A stretch of DNA of 64,000 bases, taken from the NCBI GenBank assembly GCA_963708295.1, contig CAVPSJ010000017.1:352001-416000 (forward strand), given 5' to 3'. Both the position numbers and the translations under genes were made by a program. The DNA is from an uncultured delta proteobacterium. Its GTDB lineage: Bacteria > Desulfobacterota > BSN033 > UBA1163. Positions 56,444 to 64,000 of this stretch are shown piece after piece (the stretch's first letter is position 1; every line of letters begins with the position of its first letter). The notes under the pieces were generated by a model. That model had not been told where the DNA came from, made no database searches, and saw only the letters and a list, made by a program, of their open reading frames with translations.

Positions 56444-59168
56444 ATGTCGATGGTAAAAGATCTAAAACGGACGCCGCTCCATTCATGGCACAGGGAACAC
56501 GGCGGGCAGATGGTCGAGTTTGCCGGCTGGGAGATGCCCGTTGCTTATCAACAGGGGATTCTCGAGGAGCATCTGAACACGAGGAAATTCGGCGGGCTGT
56601 TCGATATCTCCCACATGGGACGTTTCTTGATTCGCGGGAGTTGACGCCATTCCGTTTATGCAGCATGTCTTAACAAACAATGTGACGGCCCTTGATCCCG
56701 GCGTGGCCCAGTATACGTTGATTCAGAATGAAGAGGGAGGTGCGATTGACGATGCCTACCTCTACCGACTGGAAGAAGGGGACCCTTCCCTGGAAACAAA
56801 TTATCTCCTTGTTGTGAATGCGGCGAATAGGGAAAAAGACTGGAATTGGTTTCTTGATCATAAGAAGCGATACAAAAATGTGGTCGTGGATGACAAAACG
56901 GATGAAATCGGGATGATCGCCCTCCAGGGTCCTCACGCCAGGAGGGTCTTGGAAAAGATCCTTTTAGAAGACCAACCAAAGCTTCCTGACCCATGGAGAA
57001 ATCGTTTAAAGGTTTGTGAGTTCGAGGGAGAGCAAATCCATATCACGATCTCAAGAACAGGATACACCGGCGAGCCCATCTGTTTCGAATTCTTTTTGCC
57101 GGAGGAGAAGCTAAGGCTCATCTGGGAGAAGATCCTCGACGCCGGAGCGGAAGAGGGGATTGTTCCGGTGGGTTTGGGGGCGAGGGATACCCTGAGGCTG
57201 GAGGCAGGACTTCCTCTTTACGGTCACGAGTTGGGGCTCGATGCACGAGGGAATCGATATCCCGATTTATGCCGTCCCTTCAGCAGCAAGGTTGGCGATG
57301 AGTTTCTCTCCTTTAAAAGGAGAATTCATCGGAAGGGAAATCCTGAGAAGGCAGTTTGAAGAGGTGACGGCAAGAGAGAGTGGAAAACCTTTGCCCCCTA
57401 AGGAAAGACAGTTGGTTCCTAAGAAGGATCTTCCCCATCACCCTGAGCGGTCAGGGAATCGCCAGACAGGGGTACGAAGTTTCTGCGAACGGGGAACCGG
57501 TTGGACACGTGACGAGCGGGACGATGGTTCCCTACTGGGTTTTCTCCGACCGAGGGAATCCTTTCGGAACCCACGGACGAAAAAAGAATGAGATCGATTG
57601 CCCTCGCTTATATCGATTCAGATCTGAAGGAAGGGCAGAAGATCGAAGTTTCCTACCGCGGGAAAAAACTTGAAGGGGTGATCGTGGAAAGACATCTCTC
57701 CGGCGAAGCGCCTCCTTATGCCCGTCCCATTCTGATCCCGAAGAGCCAAGGAAGAGAGAGGTCCCGACAGGGAGCCTGAGAGGATTCGGCGGCGAGGTTG
57801 GTCCGCCGGGTGGTCCGAAAATACCCGCTGGAGACAGAAAGAGACGATTCAACCTCATCCCTTCGGAATCGACCCCTTCTCTTCTCGTCAGACTTCTTAC
57901 GATTTCCGATCCATCGGGCACGATATGCGGAACACCGGTTGATGAAAGCCTTTAGAGAAAGCGACGTCTTCTATTATCAGGGGACAAAGCTCATCGGAGA
58001 GGTTGAGGTCCTCGCTCGCAGATGAGCTTCGACGTTTCATCGGATGCTCAGAAGTGGAGACGAGGGTGATCAGTGGTCAGATGGCCAATACGGCCGTCTT
58101 CAGCGGGATTGTGGATTACCTCAATCGCTTGGACCGGAGAAGCGAACCCCGCAGGATCAGAAAGGTGATGAACCACCATCTGGGAAGGGGAGGCCATCTC
58201 AGCGCCCAACCCATGGGCGCCTTGAAAGACTTCGTCGCCCATGATCCCTCCACCGAAAGGCCGGCCACCATTCCCTTTCCGGTATTGAAAGAAGATTCGT
58301 ATCGGATCGATCTTCGAAAAGCGAAAGAACTGATCGGAGAGCATAAGCCCGAATTGATTGTCCTCGGCAAGAGCATGGTGATCTATAAAGAGCCGGTGAG
58401 AGAGATTGCTGAAATGATCTCCTCCATGAATCCCAAACCGATCCTCCTTTATGATATGGCCCATGTTCTGGGACTCATCGGACCCTGATTTTCAGGAACC
58501 CTTCAAGGAAGGAGCCGACATCGTCACGGGCTCTACTCACAAGACCTTTTTTGGACCACAGAGAGGGTTGATTGCAAGCAACATGTCAGAGGGAACGGAA
58601 TTTGAAGAACTCTGGGAGGCGATTGTCCGCCGGGTCTTTCCCGGAAGCGTGAGCAACCATCACCTGGGAACATTGGTGGGCCTCTTGCTTGCTGCCTACG
58701 AGATGAATGCCTTCAAATCGGATTATCAGAAAGCGGTGATCTCCAATGCCAAGGCCTTTGCCCGTGCCCTGAAAGATCAGGGAATCATGGTGGAGGGAGA
58801 TCCAAGAGTCGGGTACACAGAGACCCATCAGGTGATCGTCAGGGTGGGCTATGGAAAGGGGCCGTGAGGTCGCTGAACGGTTGGAGGAGAATAACATCAT
58901 CGTGAACTATCAGAGTGCCCCCGACGACGAAGCCTTTACGACGGCAAGCTGTCTGAGGATGGGCGTTCAGGAGATGACCCGATTCGGGATGAAAGCGGAA
59001 GACTTTGTTCAGTTAGCGGAAATGATGGGCCAGGTCATCCTGAAAGGCCGCCCCATGGCCAAAGAGGTGTCTCAATTCAGAAAAAAATTCACAGAGATGA
59101 AATATTGTTTGCCCGAGGCGGAGGCTCGCTCCCTGGTTGAAGAACTCCTGGAAGTTATTCGGCAATAA
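56444..59168 (+). CDS. gcvT: GcvT (aminomethyltransferase)-serine hydroxymethyltransferase fusion, broken by multiple single-base frameshifts
   Basis: RTPL, F.GWEMP, FDISHMG, SRTGYTGE, GLGARDTLRLEAG; continues with no intergenic gap into NLIPSE, SGQMAN, GGHLS, DMAH, STHKTFFGPQRG, RMG..E.TR.G. Confidence 0.85.
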
Positions 59169-59562
59169 AAGTAAATAAACAGAGTAGTCAATCCAACTTC
59201 TGATAGCCCACACCAAGGAAAAGCTTGAGACTGAATCGGGTCAGCTTCGCTGTGACTCCCTGCGAAGCCTTTATCCCGCAGCGATGACCCTCTAAGGAGA
59301 TATCATCGCCGTTAGTCATACCAGGCTGACTTTTGCAAAGATCTTATGGATTAGCTGAGATCACTGAGAAAGGAGTAAACGCTTCATTTTGATATGCTTA
59401 CGGAGCAAGAATGGGACGGCAAGTTTCGTAAGAAGGATGCGGCCTTGAATATTGAATATAGAGCAAGCCAATGGATTGGCTAGTCACTTTCTCTTCAAAG
59501 GCTTCCTTAAATCAAAATTGGTTATTTTGGATGTACAGGCGACTGCGACACCCTTTGTTGGA

Positions 59563-59724
59563 TTAACCCGCGCTTCGGCATCCTCGAAGACACTTCTTGT
59601 GTTCTCCCTGCCAAAAATCTCTTAATCCTCTTTCCACAACTTCTCCTAAAAAGAAACCGACAAATGCCCCGAGAACGACGGCCCCAACATAACCCCAGCT
59701 GAAGTTGATTCCTATGTCCCCCAT
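59563..59724 (-). CDS. Small single-TM protein (53 aa), not in the ORF track
   Basis: MGDIGINFSWGYVGAVVLGAFVGFFLGEVVERGLRDFWQGEHKKCLRGCRSAG*, preceded by the G-rich SD GGAGGGGGGTGA. Confidence 0.5.
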   Translation of the reverse strand: MGDIGINFSWGYVGAVVLGAFVGFFLGEVVERGLRDFWQGEHKKCLRGCRSAG

Positions 59725-59811
59725 CTTCGTTCACCCCCCTCCCCCTGGAATGAAAGAGAAGAAAAAATGTCACAAAAGGCTTCCTAAGCTTGAGAAGGCC
59801 TGATTTAACAT

Positions 59812-62549
59812 CTAACTAACTAATGGTTCGGCAGACACCGCAAATGCCCTTCGTGTTGAAACCATCCTTCTCCTTAAAATCGCCTTGATCACCTCCATGG
59901 AGATAAATACGACCACCCCAAAGGCCAATATGATCCCGAGACTCTTAGACGAAGGCTTATTTATTCCAAAGGCTTCACGAACAGAGGGAAACTGGATCAA
60001 TACGAAAATCAATAAAACTTCCCACACAAGGGCCATGACAAGCCATTTGTGGGGTGGAACCTTGAAGATGCTGTATCGCATGGAACGGAAGTTTAGGGCG
60101 ATAATAAGCTCAATGATTATAAACAGGAAGAACATTTCCGTCCTTGCCTCTGTGATATCAGTGAGTTTGTGGTAGAAGAGAATGAAGAAGAAGGGAATTT
60201 CAATCAATAATGCCAGCCAGATAAACGCTCTCACATCCCAGGAAAAGACACTTTCCTTGGGATCTCTCGGTGGTCTCTGCATGATATCAGGGTCAGGGGG
60301 CGCTAGACCTAAGGCGAGGGCAGGGAGTCCATCCGTCGCAAGATTCATATACAGTATGGCTGCCGGCAGAAGAGGCAGATACTCAGGGCCTGAAATTAGA
60401 ACCACCCCACCGATAACGACCACTTCGGTGATATTACATCGCAGGAGATAGGTGAGATACTTCTTGATATTGTCGTAGATCCATCGACCGCGCTCGATGG
60501 CTTTCACAATGGTGGCAAAGTTGTCGTCACTGAGCACCATATCCGCTGCCTCTTTTGACACCTCTGTTCCGGTGATGCCCATGGCCACCCCGATATCCGC
60601 ATGTTTCAGGGCAGGTGCATCATTGACCCCATCGCCTGTCATGGCCACGACCTCACCCCTATTCTTCCATGCCTTAACGATCTTGAGCTTATCCATGGGG
60701 GATACCCTTGCATAGACCGTAACCTTGTGGACAATCTTCTCAAGCTCTTCCTCCGTCATCTTCTCCAGATCCTCACCAACCAGTACGATATCTCCCTCCC
60801 GATAGATCCCCATCTCCTTGGCAATGGCTACGGCGGTAAGCTTATGGTCCCCCGTGATCATGACGGGCCTAATGTGAATCTGCTTACATACGTTGATGGC
60901 TTCAATGGCTTCTCCTCTCGGCGGATCGATCATGCCTACAAGACCCACAAAGACCATATCCCGTTCAAGGCATTCTTCCGCACATTCAATGGGTGCGGGG
61001 AAGTCTCTAAAGGCAAACCCAAGGACCCTCAGTGCGGCTTGGGCCATCTCTTCGTTCACTTTTAAGATCCTGCTTTTTTCCGTCTCATTCAGTTCCCGAA
61101 TCCCGCCTTCTTCCAAGATATGAGTGCATCTCTGCAAGACCGCTTCTGGAGCCCCTTTCATAAATGCCATTCGCTTTCCATCCGCCATTTGATGGATTGT
61201 TGTCATTCTTTTCCTCTCAGAGCTGAAAGGGATCTCTTCCACTCTCGCGTTTTCAAGCTTTACCTCTGTCTCATGCAATCCTGCCTTCACGGCAGCCACA
61301 ACGAGGGCGCCTTCCGTAGGATCACCCTTGACCAGCCACTTGCCCTCGGTCTTTTCAAGCGCGGAATCATTGCAGAGAAGACCTCCTAAAAGAAGTTTGC
61401 GTATCGGTTCACTCTCGCCCACATTAATTTTACCCGACCCCCTGAACTCTCCAACAGGTTCATAACCAGCGCCCGTCACCTCAATCATTCTTCCGCCGGC
61501 AAAAATTTTTCTCACCGTCATCTCACCCTTCGTAAGGGTGCCGGTCTTATCCGAGCAGATCACGGTGGTACAGCCTAAGGTTTCCACCGCGGGCATCTTT
61601 CTGATCAGTGCATTTCTTTTAGCCATCTGATGCATGCCGATGGCGAGAGCGCCTGTGACAATGGCTGCTAATGCCTCAGGGACTGCAGCTACGGCAAGAG
61701 CGATTGCAAACATCACCATGGTGACGATAAATGGCAAATCAATCTTCCCACCTAAAGCCTCCCTGACGATGCTTATTCCTGCAACGAAGAAACATATAGA
61801 AAGAGCCGTGATTCCGAGCCATTTGCCTATTTCTTCTGTCCTTTTTTCGAGAGGAGTCTTCTCAGTTTCTACTGCGGTTACCTCCTCAGCAATCTTGCCG
61901 AACTCGGTGTTCATCCCTGTGGATGTGATAACGGCCTTAGCTCGGCCGTAGGTAACGGTTGTCCCGGTCAAGACCATGTTCTTTCTGTCACTGACACGCA
62001 CGTCCTCGGGTAAGGGTTTCACATCCTTCCCTACGGGCACGGACTCCCCGGTGAGCGGCGCCTCATCGCATCGAAGAGAAAAGTTTTCAACGATTCTGGC
62101 ATCTGCAGGAATCTTATCCCCTGCTTCCAGAAGCAATACATCTCCTGGTACAAGTTCTTTCGTAGGAACTTCTTCCTCTTTTCCTCCTCTCAAAACGGTG
62201 ATCGTGGGAGAAAGCATTTTCTTAAGTGCCTCTAGGGCACGCTCTGCACGATACTCCTGAATTAATCCAAGAACTGCACAGAAGACGACGATGACCCCGA
62301 TGATGGCAGCATCACAATTTCCCCAACAGCCGCTGAAAGGCCTATCGCAATGAGGAGGATGATGATCAGTATGTTTTTGAACTGATTAATGAAGATGGAG
62401 AAGGCTGAAATCTTTTCTTCCTTTTTGAGTTCATTGTAGCCATACTTTTCAAGTCGAGTTCGAACCTCTTCTACGGTTAAACCCTGACGAGGATCTGTAT
62501 TCAGTTCCTTTAAGACCTGATCTGTTTCCATTGAATGCCAGTTTGACAT
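59812..62549 (-). CDS. P-type ATPase, type IIA (Ca2+-transporting-like); frameshifts near 62260-62310
   Basis: N-terminal GL...E...RL..YGYNEL, TGES, AVPEAL, CSDKTGTLT, KGAPE, DPPR, MTGDGVNDAPAL. Confidence 0.92.
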
Positions 62550-63286
62550 ACCTAAGATCCCCTTTCCTCTGATGGAATAAATAATCTCTATAGGTGGCGA
62601 AGACTTTTTGAGAAAATTGTTTCTCTAACCTATTTCTTGGAACCTAAACTAGGTGCTTCAAAAGTTGTAAGCCATTTCCTAATGTTCGAAAATTTCAACC
62701 GATTGTTTATAGTTATTCTTGTTCTCTTCAATCGAAAGCAGAGAAGAAAGAACATAATCCGTCCTTCGAAAAGAAAGACATAAATTGACCTTGGTATCTT
62801 CAGCATGCTATCTTTCTCTCCAAGGCAAGATGGCAATGACATACTTTCTATTTGCAAAGATAGAGACCGTTAGAAATCTTCGCTTGAAACGCCAAACCGA
62901 CTGAATTTATTATTGGTTTGAGATTTTTACTAGGCTGATCTTGCTTTTGCACAAAAATCACCCTTTGTAACTTTGCTACTAAGAAACTGCGAATTTAATG
63001 CCGACCAGCAAGTTCTGGGCAAAAAAAACAACCCATTGATTTCATTGAGTAGTTTTTGCAGCTTCTAATTTGGGAAAGACGATTTGTTCCCTCGTTGTTC
63101 AGGTAATAAATGCTTAAATAACGGATGAGAAGATAAGTTAACTAATTTAGTAGGTTGAGATGTGACCAAGGATTGAACAGGAATGGTGACTTATCAGCAG
63201 AAATTTTTTCAGATTTGAGATAATAAGCACTGCAAGCATACAGTCCACGTGGCCGGAATAACTCCGATGGGGATCAAGACAGGTAC

Positions 63287-64000
63287 TCATTCGACCCCCA
63301 CAATACTGGGTTGTTTTTGCGATAATAAGTTGTACTTATCTATTCGATTGCGTAATGTATTGCGGCTGATTCCTAGCAGTTTAGCTGCTTGAACCTGATT
63401 TCCTTTCGTCTCAGCGAGTGCCTTTTGGATGAGAAATTTCTCAATTTTTTCCAGGAGGTTTGAACGGAGACCTTTTCCCCAGAAGCGAAGAATATCTGTA
63501 AAAAGAGGGTCGAGTATTTTAGCCAGGTTATTTTCTAACTCTTGTTCATTTGCAAAGGAGATGGCTTCACTTTCTGCGTCGAAAACAATGTCTTCGGCAG
63601 ACATTACCTCTCCTTTGCAAAGGATAAGGCTTCTGTTAATCGTATTTGCTAGTTCCCTCACATTGCCCGGCCAGTCATACGAGACCAGCTTTTCAAATGC
63701 AGAAGGATCGATATGCGAAACCCCGGTGGTCATCTGCCGTTTGTAAAAATGGAAGAAATATTCGGTCAATGCTTTGACGTCCTCCTTATGTTCCCGTAGA
63801 GCTGGTAACATGATCGGCATGATTTTTAGACGATAATACAGATCCTCTCTAAATTTCCCCTGTTTAATCAGCTCCTCCAACTTACGATTCGTGGACGTTA
63901 AGATTCTTACGTCCACCCTGACCGTTTCGTTCCCCCCGATGCGTTCAAATTCCCCTTCTTGTAAAACCCGGAGAATCTTTGCCTGAGTTGAAAGGGACAT
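63287..64000 (-). CDS. Sigma54-dependent transcriptional activator (NtrC/Fis family), partial
   Basis: QAKILRVLQEGEF..IG, FREDLYYRL, WPGNVREL, HTH GNQVQAAKLLGISRNTLR. Confidence 0.92.
   Translation of the reverse strand: MSLSTQAKILRVLQEGEFERIGGNETVRVDVRILTSTNRKLEELIKQGKFREDLYYRLKIMPIMLPALREHKEDVKALTEYFFHFYKRQMTTGVSHIDPSAFEKLVSYDWPGNVRELANTINRSLILCKGEVMSAEDIVFDAESEAISFANEQELENNLAKILDPLFTDILRFWGKGLRSNLLEKIEKFLIQKALAETKGNQVQAAKLLGISRNTLRNRIDKYNLLSQKQPSIVGVE

Noticed and set aside
59282-59310. Fluoride riboswitch (GGCGATGA on the minus strand)
   Set aside because: It forms a plain hairpin and lacks the pseudoknot and CTGATG element
1-64000. CRISPR array, tRNA or rRNA genes
   Set aside because: No regularly spaced 25-40 bp repeats with unique spacers, and no cloverleaf or rRNA signature seen by eye

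Overview
Bacterial chromosomal window. Gene content and repeat style suggest a Deltaproteobacteria/Desulfobacterota-like anaerobe (inference). From left to right it holds: a cobalamin-riboswitch-led B12 operon (cobD-cobQ fusion, cobO, cbiA, cbiC-cbiX fusion, cbiMNQ; minus strand); an exbB/exbD/tolA-tonB-type trio; a ~550 nt non-coding interval with dense long-range base pairing; pfkB-glmM-glmU-like genes; a MinD/FlhG ATPase + J-like/HTH + SPOR operon; glmU-glmS, pcrA, gcvR, a secreted M20 amidohydrolase and livKHMGF; gcvH-gcvPA-lipB-lipA; a MazF-type TA pair, a patatin, a MASE3-GGDEF and an SDR. An AT-richer accessory region (~39.4-50.2 kb) follows, with two integron attC-like sites, a tyrosine recombinase remnant and many small genes. 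The window ends with a TAXI-TRAP transporter, an OFA-family MFS, a GcvT-SHMT fusion, a P2A-type ATPase with a small unannotated membrane ORF behind it, and a partial sigma54 activator. Intergenic DNA is rich in MITE/REP-like elements and 6-8 nt tandem arrays. Many genes carry single-base frameshifts, most likely assembly errors. The best novel-system candidate is the large pseudoknotted RNA at ~10190-10720 directly upstream of exbB/tolQ. The second is a repeated coding-like spacer between accessory genes at 47775-48432. All structures were found by eye and were not computed.
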